A DNA stretch of 64,000 nucleotides from an uncultured Gemmatimonadales bacterium (lineage in GTDB: Bacteria > Gemmatimonadota > Gemmatimonadetes > Gemmatimonadales > GWC2-71-9): assembly GCA_963795085.1 (NCBI GenBank), contig CAWCFX010000001.1, positions 64,001 to 128,000 on the forward strand, read 5' to 3'. The notes under the pieces were generated by a model. That model did not search any database. It was not told the origin of the DNA and saw only the letters and a list, made by a program, of their open reading frames with translations. The translations under genes were made by a program, and so were the position numbers. This document shows positions 31,030 to 39,358 of the stretch, one piece after another. Numbering within the stretch: position 1 is the first letter of the stretch; each line of letters opens with the position of its first letter.

Positions 31030-31251
31030 ATGAAACCGGCAGGAATCGCAGGAGTCGTGCTGATCATCCTCGGCGTGCTGGCGCTCGTCTTCAAGGGCTT
31101 CAGCTTTACCGACCGGGACAGCCACGATCTCGGGCCCATTGATATCGTCACCGAACAGAAGGAGACGGTGCCGGTCTCGCCCATCCTGGGCGGACTGGCC
31201 ATCGTCGGCGGTGTCGTGCTTCTGGTGGTGTCACGACGAACGAAGGCGTAG
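31030..31251 (+). CDS. Small two-TM membrane protein (DUF3185-like)
   Basis: AAGGA RBS; GVVLIILGVLAL...DLGPI...PILGGLAIVGGVVLLV. Confidence 0.8.
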   Translation: MKPAGIAGVVLIILGVLALVFKGFSFTDRDSHDLGPIDIVTEQKETVPVSPILGGLAIVGGVVLLVVSRRTKA

Positions 31252-31257
31252 GGAAAA

Positions 31258-31290
31258 GGGGGCCAGGGGGCAAGTCAGCCCCTGGCCCCC
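31258..31290. terminator. 12-bp GC hairpin between convergent genes, built from the GGGGGCCA unit
   Basis: gggggccagggg ... cccctggccccc. Confidence 0.65.
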
Positions 31291-31303
31291 GTCCCACTCG
31301 CCA

Positions 31304-32458
31304 TCAGGAACTCGGAATCCGGTCGAGCCGAGCCGCCGCTTCCCGCAGCATCTCCTCCGTTTTGCAGAAGGCAAATCGCACCAGCGTTCGCCCCATCGAC
31401 TTGTCGCTGAAGAAGCTGGAGCCGGGGACCGGGGTCACCCCGACCTCCTCGGTGAGCCAGTAGCTGAACTCCACGTCCCCCAGGCTGCTCAGCCGGGAGA
31501 AATCCGCCAGCACGTAATAGGCGCCTTCCGGAGGGGTCAGCGCGAAGCCGGCGCCCGACAAGACCCCGCACAGGAGGTCGCGGCGGGCCCGGTACCCGGT
31601 GGAGAGGGCGGCATAGAACGCCGCATCGCACCGCTCCAGGGCGACGGCCACCGCCTCCTGGAGGGGGGCCGGCGACCCCACGGTAAGGAAGTCGTGCACC
31701 TTGCGGATTGCATCCGTCTCCTCCGGCGGGGCGATGATCCACCCCACCCGCCACCCGGTGACGCTGAAGGTCTTGGAAGCACCGCTGATGGTGATGGCAA
31801 GGTCGCGCATCCCGGGAAGCGTGGCGATGGGAAGGTGGGGCCCGTCGTAGCGAATATGCTCGTAGATTTCGTCCGTCACCGCGTAGATGCCGTGGCGGAC
31901 ACAGAGGCGGGCGATCCCGTTAAGCTCGGCCTCGGTCAGCACCCGGCCGGTGGGATTGCTGGGGGTATTCACGATGATCGCGCGAGTTCGGGGGCTGATC
32001 GCCGCCGCCACCCGGTCGAGGTCGAGGGGCTGCCCGGGCCGCAACGGGACGTATACCGGCCGCGCATCGCAGAGCACCGCGTCCGGCCCGTAATTCTCAT
32101 AAAAGGGCTCCGGTATGATCACTTCGTCCCCCGGGTCCACGATGGCCATGAGGGTCGCGGCCATCGCCTCGGTGGCGCCGCAGGTGACGGTGATCTCCCG
32201 TTCCGGGTCCACGGTCATCCGGTACCAGTCGTGGTACCGCGCGGCCAGTGCCTCGCGCAACCGCCGGGACCCCCAGGTGATCGCGTACTGATTGATGTCG
32301 CCGGCAATCGCCGCGGCGGCAGCCTCTTTCAGGACATCGGGAGTGGGAAAATTGGGGAAGCCCTGGGCCAGGTTGATGGCATCGTGTTCCCGGGCCAGCC
32401 GGGTCATTCCCCGAATGACCGACTCGGTAAAGGTCCGTGTGCGCCGGGCGATGTGCAT
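31304..32458 (-). CDS. Class I/II PLP-dependent aminotransferase
   Basis: INLAQGFP, NTPSNPTG, DEIYE, SKTFSVTGWRVG; start set at MHIARR. Confidence 0.93.
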   Translation of the reverse strand: MHIARRTRTFTESVIRGMTRLAREHDAINLAQGFPNFPTPDVLKEAAAAAIAGDINQYAITWGSRRLREALAARYHDWYRMTVDPEREITVTCGATEAMAATLMAIVDPGDEVIIPEPFYENYGPDAVLCDARPVYVPLRPGQPLDLDRVAAAISPRTRAIIVNTPSNPTGRVLTEAELNGIARLCVRHGIYAVTDEIYEHIRYDGPHLPIATLPGMRDLAITISGASKTFSVTGWRVGWIIAPPEETDAIRKVHDFLTVGSPAPLQEAVAVALERCDAAFYAALSTGYRARRDLLCGVLSGAGFALTPPEGAYYVLADFSRLSSLGDVEFSYWLTEEVGVTPVPGSSFFSDKSMGRTLVRFAFCKTEEMLREAAARLDRIPSS

Positions 32459-32490
32459 AGATTCCGGGGGGAAGGGAAGACGGAAAGTAA

Positions 32491-32552
32491 GGGGGCCAGG
32501 GTGCCAGGGGGCCAGGGGAGCACACTCCAATCTGAAATCAGCAATCAGCAAC
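32491..32552. repeat. Short 8-bp (GGGGGCCA) and 7-bp (CAGCAAT) tandem repeats in a divergent intergenic gap
   Basis: gggggcca gggtgcca gggggcca; tgaaat cagcaat cagcaac. Confidence 0.6.
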
Positions 32553-32562
32553 CTCACATCCC

Positions 32563-32856
32563 ATGTCTCGAGCCTTTGTCAATGAAGATCACGGAGGTCC
32601 CGATCCGCGGCACCGGTTTCCGCTGCCGCCACGGGACGACCCGGAATACGATGCGGCGTCAGCCAGGGCTCTGCTGCAGGGTGCGCACGAGGGCGACTCG
32701 GCGGCAGCCGAAGAAGCGACCGGGTATCGCTTTGGTGAGCCAGGGCTGGTGCCCCACGTGCTGGTGATCCTGGCGCGGGCGCGGAAGGCAGGGAATGACC
32801 GGCTGGAACAACTGGCCGAGCGGTTTCTCACCCGGGCCGGTGTCGGGGCGGACTAG
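32563..32856 (+). CDS. Hypothetical protein (MSRAFVNED N-terminus)
   Basis: 97-aa ORF filling the gap between genes, protein-like composition. Confidence 0.65.
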   Translation: MSRAFVNEDHGGPDPRHRFPLPPRDDPEYDAASARALLQGAHEGDSAAAEEATGYRFGEPGLVPHVLVILARARKAGNDRLEQLAERFLTRAGVGAD

Positions 32857-33218
32857 GAGGACTTTCTTGAACGGCCGGTGAGCCAGGCGCCCGCGAAACC
32901 CAGCAGCAGGGCCGCCACGGTCATGAAGGCCACGACTTCCAGCATCGCCTCCGTGTGGGGCGCCGGTATGGGAGCCTGGACCAGGTTGAAGCGGGTGAGG
33001 ATCAGCCAGGCTCCCAGTGTAGCGAAGAAGGCCGCCAGCGCCGTGGTAATCGCGGCGGCGGGAGCCTGCTTTCCGCGCCCGATCACCATGCCGGCAAACA
33101 GAAACAGCGCCAGCCCTCCGGCGCTGATGTAGCCGTAGGGGAAGCGCATGCTGTCGGAGGTGAGTGAGCCGGCCGTGAACCAGGCGAGGAAGACGAGAAA
33201 GGCGAGGAGGGCCGCCAT
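32853..33218 (-). CDS. Hypothetical 4-TM membrane protein
   Basis: Four hydrophobic segments; ATG 33218 lies immediately after the dacB stop. Confidence 0.7.
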   Translation of the reverse strand: MAALLAFLVFLAWFTAGSLTSDSMRFPYGYISAGGLALFLFAGMVIGRGKQAPAAAITTALAAFFATLGAWLILTRFNLVQAPIPAPHTEAMLEVVAFMTVAALLLGFAGAWLTGRSRKSS

Positions 33219-33219
33219 C

Positions 33220-34707
33220 CTACCGGGTTTCGTCGCTGCCGCCCAGCGGAGACTCTCCGCCCAGGGCATCGGCCGGGATGGCCGATCCGTCGGCCCCCAG
33301 CAGCGCGAAGAGCTTCCACTGGAGCTGGCGCGCCATCGAGGGATTGGAACCGTTGTACATCACGGAGACGATCATCATCCCGTCGGGCCGCCCCAGGTAT
33401 CCCGATACCGTGGAAACCTGTCCCAACGTACCAGTCTTGGCCCGCACGACGCCCTGGCCCAGGCCCGCGGTCAGCCGCCGCAGGGTGCCCACGCCGTTGG
33501 CGGGCAGCAGCATGGGGAAGTTGCGCCCGCCCGGCGTGGCCGGCAGCCGGGCGAGGTAAGACACAAAGGTGAGCGGCGAGGCCCGATCGTCGTAGGAGAG
33601 CCCGCTGCCGTCCACCAGCCTGAGCCCGTCCGCCGCGCCGGCGATCTCCTGCACATGCTGCATCATCATCTGGGGTGCCCGCTGCCCGCCGGCCCACCGT
33701 AGCAGCAGCTCGGCGCCCAGGTTGTGGCTGCGCCGGTTGACGTCGCTGGCCAGCGAATCGAAGACCGGCGAGTGCACTTCGGCCAGCACGGTGGAGATGG
33801 GCCCCGGCATGCGGGATGGTGCCCGGGGCTCCTGCACCCATTCAATGCCGGCTTGCGCCAGCGCGGTGGACCACGCCCGCGCGAGGACCTCCTTGGGGTT
33901 CGAAGCGACGGTGGTGAACCCTCGCGGCGCCGCCGCGACGCCGATGGTACCGCCCACCACCCAGCCGCCGCCACTGGTCGGCGCCAGCGTCAGCCGGCTG
34001 CGGCGACCCGCCACGGTGACGGCCCGGATCGAGACCAGGGACCCTACCCCCGCGGGTGACTCGCCACCCAGTGCGGCGCGAGCGCCGGACCGCGCACCGG
34101 GGCGAATGGTGAAGCTGACCACGTTCTCGTGAATCGTGAGGGTTCCGATGAGCGGCGCGAAGAGACGGCCCCAATGCCGGTTGGCCCACGCGTCAGGATA
34201 GGAGGCTGAGGCGAGGCCGTTTTCGCTCTTGACCTGGAGCGGGCCGAACAGCCTGCGGATGCCCAGATGAGAGAGCTGCTGCGCCAGGTCGGCCAGCCGG
34301 GGACCGGCGCCGGAGGGGTTTTCCAGGGACGGGTCGCCATTCAATTCCAGCGACCAGGTGCCCCGCCATTCACCGCTCGCGGGCTCGATGAAGCCCGATC
34401 CCGTGACCCGGGTCGATCGGGTGGCGTCGGAGCCGAGGACGGTGCGCGCAAAGCCGGTGGTGAAGAGCTTGACGGTGGAGGCGGGAATCAGGCTGGTTTC
34501 CGGCGCGATGCTCCAGAGCAGTTCACCCCGCTGGTCAGCGATGGCTATGCCCCAGGTTCCCGGCGCCCGGCGGCTCGCGTTAGTGTACCACGCGGCCAGC
34601 TGAGTTCGCTGTTCCCGGGTAAGGCTCTGCGCGCCAGCCATTGTGGGCGGTAAGAACCCCAGGACGCCCAGGACGAGGACCAGCCGGGATCGAAACGGAA
34701 ACGTCAT
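33220..34707 (-). CDS. dacB: D-alanyl-D-alanine carboxypeptidase/endopeptidase (PBP4, peptidase S13)
   Basis: Signal peptide; PASTVK (SxxK), SHN (SxN), DGSGLS, AKTGTL. Confidence 0.92.
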   Translation of the reverse strand: MTFPFRSRLVLVLGVLGFLPPTMAGAQSLTREQRTQLAAWYTNASRRAPGTWGIAIADQRGELLWSIAPETSLIPASTVKLFTTGFARTVLGSDATRSTRVTGSGFIEPASGEWRGTWSLELNGDPSLENPSGAGPRLADLAQQLSHLGIRRLFGPLQVKSENGLASASYPDAWANRHWGRLFAPLIGTLTIHENVVSFTIRPGARSGARAALGGESPAGVGSLVSIRAVTVAGRRSRLTLAPTSGGGWVVGGTIGVAAAPRGFTTVASNPKEVLARAWSTALAQAGIEWVQEPRAPSRMPGPISTVLAEVHSPVFDSLASDVNRRSHNLGAELLLRWAGGQRAPQMMMQHVQEIAGAADGLRLVDGSGLSYDDRASPLTFVSYLARLPATPGGRNFPMLLPANGVGTLRRLTAGLGQGVVRAKTGTLGQVSTVSGYLGRPDGMMIVSVMYNGSNPSMARQLQWKLFALLGADGSAIPADALGGESPLGGSDETR

Positions 34708-34911
34708 CAGCGGTACTCCTCAGCTACTGGCCGGAATCGGCCCTCCCGACCTACAATTGCAAGAGCCAGGCCCGGCGGATGTGACCTGGGACCCCAATGT
34801 AACAGTCAACTTGCTGACCCCGGTAGAGTTAGGACCGTTCTCGCGGTCCAGGATCCGGCCGAAAGTCGGCAACTGCATCATAACACGACGGGAAAAGGTG
34901 CCGGTGCGTTC

Positions 34912-36576
34912 CTACGATCCGGCAGGAGTTTCCGGCGGGCGGAACGACCAGTGGTAGAGCAACATGGAGCCACAGCGGCCGGCGCACAGTTCCCGTCCTT
35001 CCCGCTCGAGGACCTCCCGAAGGCTGGGGTCGATGTTGTCGTAGGCGAGGTATTTCTGGTCGATCCCGATCAGTACCGAACCGGCATCTGCAAAGCGTTC
35101 GCGGATCGCCCCGGCCGAGGTCAGGGTGGGGCGGCCGGCGTACGCGTCGGGGCTGCCCATCGGCTTCATCCGGTAGGGATGGTCGAACCCTCCCGTCGTC
35201 GAGTCCCGGCTCCAGCTTTCCAGCAGGGCCCGCTGCACGGTGAAATCCAGCCGGCCCCAGTAGTGCAGCGCCACCAGCGGCTGGGCGCTGCCAATGGGCA
35301 GCCGGGCGAGTTCCGGATGCCGCTGCAGCAGCGACTCCGATTCTTCCCAGCCCGCGGACTGCCGGGCCGTCATCAGGCGCCGGGAGGTATTGAATGCGGG
35401 CATCGTGAGAACAACCCCCGCCGCGATGACCGCGAACCCGGTGGCCACTGCCCCGCGGGGCCCAATCCATGAGGGGAGTGCTATCATGGAGAAATGCCGG
35501 TCCAGGTAGCGGTGCAGCGGCGCTGCGGCGGCGGCGGCGGCCACGCCGGTGGCCAGGAGCAGTGCGGGGATCGCGACCAGGACGTAGCGCTCCGATTTCC
35601 AGGGAAAGACCAGGCTGTGGAGCAGGATGGGGACGGCAAACCAGGCGAGCAGCAGGCCGCCCAGCCTCCGGTGCTGGAAGATGGCCGCGAGGAATATTAG
35701 CGGCGACAGCGACACGATCAGCGGAAAATGACCGGATAATGCGCGATAGTAGGCCGTCACCGGCCCCGGCCCATCGGCGCTCAGCCGTGCCCACATGGGC
35801 ACGGTCCGGGCTTCCACCAGCAGGCTCCGCATGAAGTCGAACTTGAAAACCAGGAGGAAGACCGCCACGGTTATTCCCATCGCGGTGAGTTGCCAAGGGA
35901 CGCTCCAGCGCCATGCCTTTCGGCCCAGCCGGGAGAGATCGCCGAATCCAGTCAACGCCACGAAGAGCCCCGCGCCCGCCCCCACGCTCAGGGTGGTGAG
36001 CTGGACCGATGCGGCGTAGGCAAACGCCAGGAAAGCGAACAGAGCCCAGCCCCAGTCGCCGGCCAGTCGCCGGGCGTGCAGGCGGTCCGGCTCCAACGGG
36101 CGCCGGACCAGCATCCAGGTGGCGAAGAAGGCTGCCACCCCGCCGAGCAGTTGCAGGGTATAGAATCGCCCGAACCGGGAGAGTCGGAGCCCTTCAGGAT
36201 AGATCGCCAACAGCAGGGTGGCGATGACCGCGGGCCAGGGTCCCGCCACCCGCCACGCGATGATGGCGAACAGGCCCAGAGCGAGGGTGCCGATGACCGC
36301 GGACGGGAAACGCACTGCCACTTCCAGCTGGTCGAAGCGGGGCAGCGCCGCGGCGACCAGGGCCGAGTACTCCAGGCCCCGGGTGTACCGGGTACCCGAG
36401 GGGAGCAGCGGCTCGCCGCTCTCCAGGAGGGACTGGGCGACGAAATAGTGGTTCATTTCGTCGGAGGCCAGGGTATTGAGCCCCAGGTTGGCGAAGCGGA
36501 GGTAGGTCCCCCATGCGACGATGAGGAGAACCAGGGCCAGCGCTATCCGGGTGGAGCTGAGGCGGGACGTTATCAA
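34912..36576 (-). CDS. GT-C fold integral membrane glycosyltransferase (PMT/ArnT-like)
   Basis: TM1 followed by DE motif (ASDEMNH), VRFPSA, RFYTL, ERY; many TM segments. Confidence 0.8.
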   Translation of the reverse strand: MITSRLSSTRIALALVLLIVAWGTYLRFANLGLNTLASDEMNHYFVAQSLLESGEPLLPSGTRYTRGLEYSALVAAALPRFDQLEVAVRFPSAVIGTLALGLFAIIAWRVAGPWPAVIATLLLAIYPEGLRLSRFGRFYTLQLLGGVAAFFATWMLVRRPLEPDRLHARRLAGDWGWALFAFLAFAYAASVQLTTLSVGAGAGLFVALTGFGDLSRLGRKAWRWSVPWQLTAMGITVAVFLLVFKFDFMRSLLVEARTVPMWARLSADGPGPVTAYYRALSGHFPLIVSLSPLIFLAAIFQHRRLGGLLLAWFAVPILLHSLVFPWKSERYVLVAIPALLLATGVAAAAAAAPLHRYLDRHFSMIALPSWIGPRGAVATGFAVIAAGVVLTMPAFNTSRRLMTARQSAGWEESESLLQRHPELARLPIGSAQPLVALHYWGRLDFTVQRALLESWSRDSTTGGFDHPYRMKPMGSPDAYAGRPTLTSAGAIRERFADAGSVLIGIDQKYLAYDNIDPSLREVLEREGRELCAGRCGSMLLYHWSFRPPETPAGS

Positions 36577-37551
36577 CTAGTTGATCCGTTCAGTGATGCG
36601 ATAGCGGGGTTGGGTGGGCGCATTCAGGAAGACCATCATCTCTCCCACCAGGCCGATGGCCACCGCTTGAATACCCAACACAACGAGAAATAAACCCGTG
36701 AGCAGGATCACCCGGCCCACCGATCCGACCGGCCCCAGGCCGTTGAGGATGACGACGCCCAGAGCGATGATTCCTGCGGTCATCAGGAACCCTCCAATCG
36801 GGCCGAAGAACCGTAGCGGGCGGGTAGTGAATCGCAGGATGACAAAAATGCCCAGGATATCCACGATGCGGCGCAGGTACAGGAGCGGGCGGTACACCCG
36901 GGTCCGGCGGTCCCCGTCGTGCTGGGGCGTGTCGACCTCCTCGGTGGTGTAGCCGGCCCGCTCGGCCAGGAGAGCGAAGAACCGGAAGGAGTCGCCGTAG
37001 ACCGGTGTATTGAGCAGCACCTCCCGCCGCATGGCGCGTACCCCGCAGGCGACATCCCGGAGATTGCCACCCGCGGTCCAGCGGAGGAGCCAGTGAAACA
37101 CCCGGTTCTGCAGCACATTGAACCAGGAATCCCTGCGGGGCCAGCGGCGCCCGCTGACCAGGTCGATGCCCGCCAGCACCCGGTCGATCAGCCGGGGGAC
37201 GTGACCGGCTTCGATCCGCGGGTAGGCGGGCAGGGTCAGGACGACGTCGCCCCGGGCATGGGCCCCGGCGGCATTATAGAGGCTCGATTCATCGATGAGC
37301 TGGGCGACCTGGAGGATTCGAATCGGCTCCCCCTGGCGGCTCTGCTCCAGCAGTTGCGCGACTTCGACTTCGAAGCCCGGCTCACAGATAAAAATGAACT
37401 CGTAGGTCCACCCCCGGTCCCGCAGGGGGCGGGAATACTCGTGGTAGAGCGGGACCAGCGGGGCCGGTTCCTGCCATACCGGTACCAGCACGGAGACCAG
37501 GAACCCGCTCTCGGTTCCCGAGGTCACGACGGGGGGTGATACCAGCGTCAC
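36577..37551 (-). CDS. ArnC/DPM-synthase-like GT2 protein with degenerate active site
   Basis: SVLVP, DLVSGRR, DVACGVRAMRRE, PLRFFG, two C-terminal TMs; lacks DDGS and DxD. Confidence 0.8.
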   Translation of the reverse strand: MTLVSPPVVTSGTESGFLVSVLVPVWQEPAPLVPLYHEYSRPLRDRGWTYEFIFICEPGFEVEVAQLLEQSRQGEPIRILQVAQLIDESSLYNAAGAHARGDVVLTLPAYPRIEAGHVPRLIDRVLAGIDLVSGRRWPRRDSWFNVLQNRVFHWLLRWTAGGNLRDVACGVRAMRREVLLNTPVYGDSFRFFALLAERAGYTTEEVDTPQHDGDRRTRVYRPLLYLRRIVDILGIFVILRFTTRPLRFFGPIGGFLMTAGIIALGVVILNGLGPVGSVGRVILLTGLFLVVLGIQAVAIGLVGEMMVFLNAPTQPRYRITERIN

Positions 37552-38486
37552 GAGACCCCCCGCACCAGGATTGGGGCGGGCCGCCGGCCGCTACGGTGCC
37601 GCCGGAGCATGACCTCCGACACCAGGCCCAGCAACAGGAGAAAACATCCCAGGTTCAACCAGACCAGAGGCAGGGCCGGAAGAATCATGCTGACCGACGG
37701 TCCCGGTTCAATGGTTTCCAGGATCGCGGGCAGCGTCGATACGGCGGCGGCGACAAAGCAGAGGCCAGTTCCCCGCGCGAACAGGTTGAGCGGACGCTCG
37801 CGAAACGAGCGAATCAGGGAGAGCACCAGCAGGTCCGACAGCACCCGCGGGACTCGCGAAAAACCGTACTTGCTCCGCCCATGGCGTCTCGGCTGGTGGC
37901 GCACCGGTATCTCGGTGATCCGGGCGCTCCGGAGGCCCGCGGCCACGGCGGGAATGAACCGGTGCATGTCGGAATAGAGGGCGAATCCCTGGAGCAGCTC
38001 CCGGCGGTAGGCCCGGAGAGTACAGCCGGTATCCCGGATCTCCACGCCGGTCAGAGTCCGCATCAGGAGGTTGGCCAGCGCCGAAGGGAGCCGCCGATAA
38101 GCCGAATCCTGCCGTTCCACCCGGAACCCGGCGACCAGATCGTAATCGTCTTCGTCGAGAATCCGGACCAGGCGGGGAATGTCGGCGGGATCGTTCTGCA
38201 GGTCGCCGTCCATGCTGACGAGGATGGGCCCGCGCGCCTCGTCAAACCCGGCCTTGAGCGCGGTGGTCTGGCCGTAGTTCCGGGCCAGCCGCACCATCCG
38301 GATCCGGGAATCGCCGGCGGCGAGCCGGCGACCTTCGTCCGCGGTCCCGTCGGTGCTTCCGTCGTCCACCAGCAGCAGCTCCCAGGTATCGTCTCCTCCC
38401 AGGGCCGAACGCACGGCCTCAACCAGGGGCGCAACGTTGCGCTCCTCGTTGAACATGGGGACGACCACTGAGAGTCGCGGAGTCAT
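37548..38486 (-). CDS. Polyprenol-phosphate glycosyltransferase (GT2, ArnC/DPM-synthase-like)
   Basis: VVPMFNE, VDDGSTD, MDGDLQNDP, DTGC, HRFIP, two C-terminal TMs. Confidence 0.92.
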   Translation of the reverse strand: MTPRLSVVVPMFNEERNVAPLVEAVRSALGGDDTWELLLVDDGSTDGTADEGRRLAAGDSRIRMVRLARNYGQTTALKAGFDEARGPILVSMDGDLQNDPADIPRLVRILDEDDYDLVAGFRVERQDSAYRRLPSALANLLMRTLTGVEIRDTGCTLRAYRRELLQGFALYSDMHRFIPAVAAGLRSARITEIPVRHQPRRHGRSKYGFSRVPRVLSDLLVLSLIRSFRERPLNLFARGTGLCFVAAAVSTLPAILETIEPGPSVSMILPALPLVWLNLGCFLLLLGLVSEVMLRRHRSGRRPAPILVRGVS

Positions 38487-39358
38487 GGAGCCAGTTCAGC
38501 GTTCACAAGTTTTTCATCCATCCGGTAGAACAGGTAGCGCCCTCGCCAGGCCCGTCGGGAGGCACGGAACCGGCTGCCAAGCTGGTCACGGATAGCCCGC
38601 TCGTCGACCCGATAGTGATCATCCTGGATCGGAAAAGGGCGGCCGGTCATGCTGCAGAACGCTTTGGTCGCCAGCCGGGACAGTCCGGGCCTTGTCCCGG
38701 CCGACCAGAATTCCCGGTCGAAGAGGTCGCCCCACCGGGGTGCGGTGTCTTCCAGCACCAGGAGCACCCGGCCGCCGGGACGGAGGACCCGGTGCATCTC
38801 GGCAAGGGCCTCCCGCTGGCCAGCGACATGATTCAGACTCCACATCGAGAGGACCGAGTCAAAACTGCCCGGGCGAAAAGGCAATTGTTCGGCGACTCCC
38901 CGCACGAAGCATGGCGGGGTGCGAAGAGAGGGAAACCGATCCCCCAGCACGGACCAGTCGGCGAGCAGCCAGGAGAGACTCGGGTCGAGGGACACGTAGT
39001 TTCCACCCCTGGGAAGGTAGTCCCGGGTGATACCGATTCCGCCCCCAACGTCCAGGACGTCTCCCACCATCTCCTGCAGAATCCCGGCATACGGCTCGAT
39101 GTCCGCCAGAAGCGCATGGAAGGCCGCCTCTGGATCCTGAAGGAGGTGCCCGTACCATGTCTCGCACTGAGCCTGGCGTTCGTGCCAGTCGTTTTCGCGG
39201 GCTTCCGCCCCAGGTGCGGCCAGGAAATCCACCCAGTCACCCGATGGCTGCGCATACGTTTTTCGACATTGCGGGCAGCGGATCGAGCCCGGTTCCATGA
39301 CCAGGCTGCCTCGGCAGCCGGGGCACGCCAGTACGGTGGTAAGGAATTCACAATCCAT
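38483..39358 (-). CDS. Class I SAM-dependent methyltransferase with N-terminal Zn-ribbon
   Basis: CPGC...CPQC; VLDVGGGIG; LPF..SFD; RVLRPGG. Confidence 0.88.
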   Translation of the reverse strand: MDCEFLTTVLACPGCRGSLVMEPGSIRCPQCRKTYAQPSGDWVDFLAAPGAEARENDWHERQAQCETWYGHLLQDPEAAFHALLADIEPYAGILQEMVGDVLDVGGGIGITRDYLPRGGNYVSLDPSLSWLLADWSVLGDRFPSLRTPPCFVRGVAEQLPFRPGSFDSVLSMWSLNHVAGQREALAEMHRVLRPGGRVLLVLEDTAPRWGDLFDREFWSAGTRPGLSRLATKAFCSMTGRPFPIQDDHYRVDERAIRDQLGSRFRASRRAWRGRYLFYRMDEKLVNAELAP

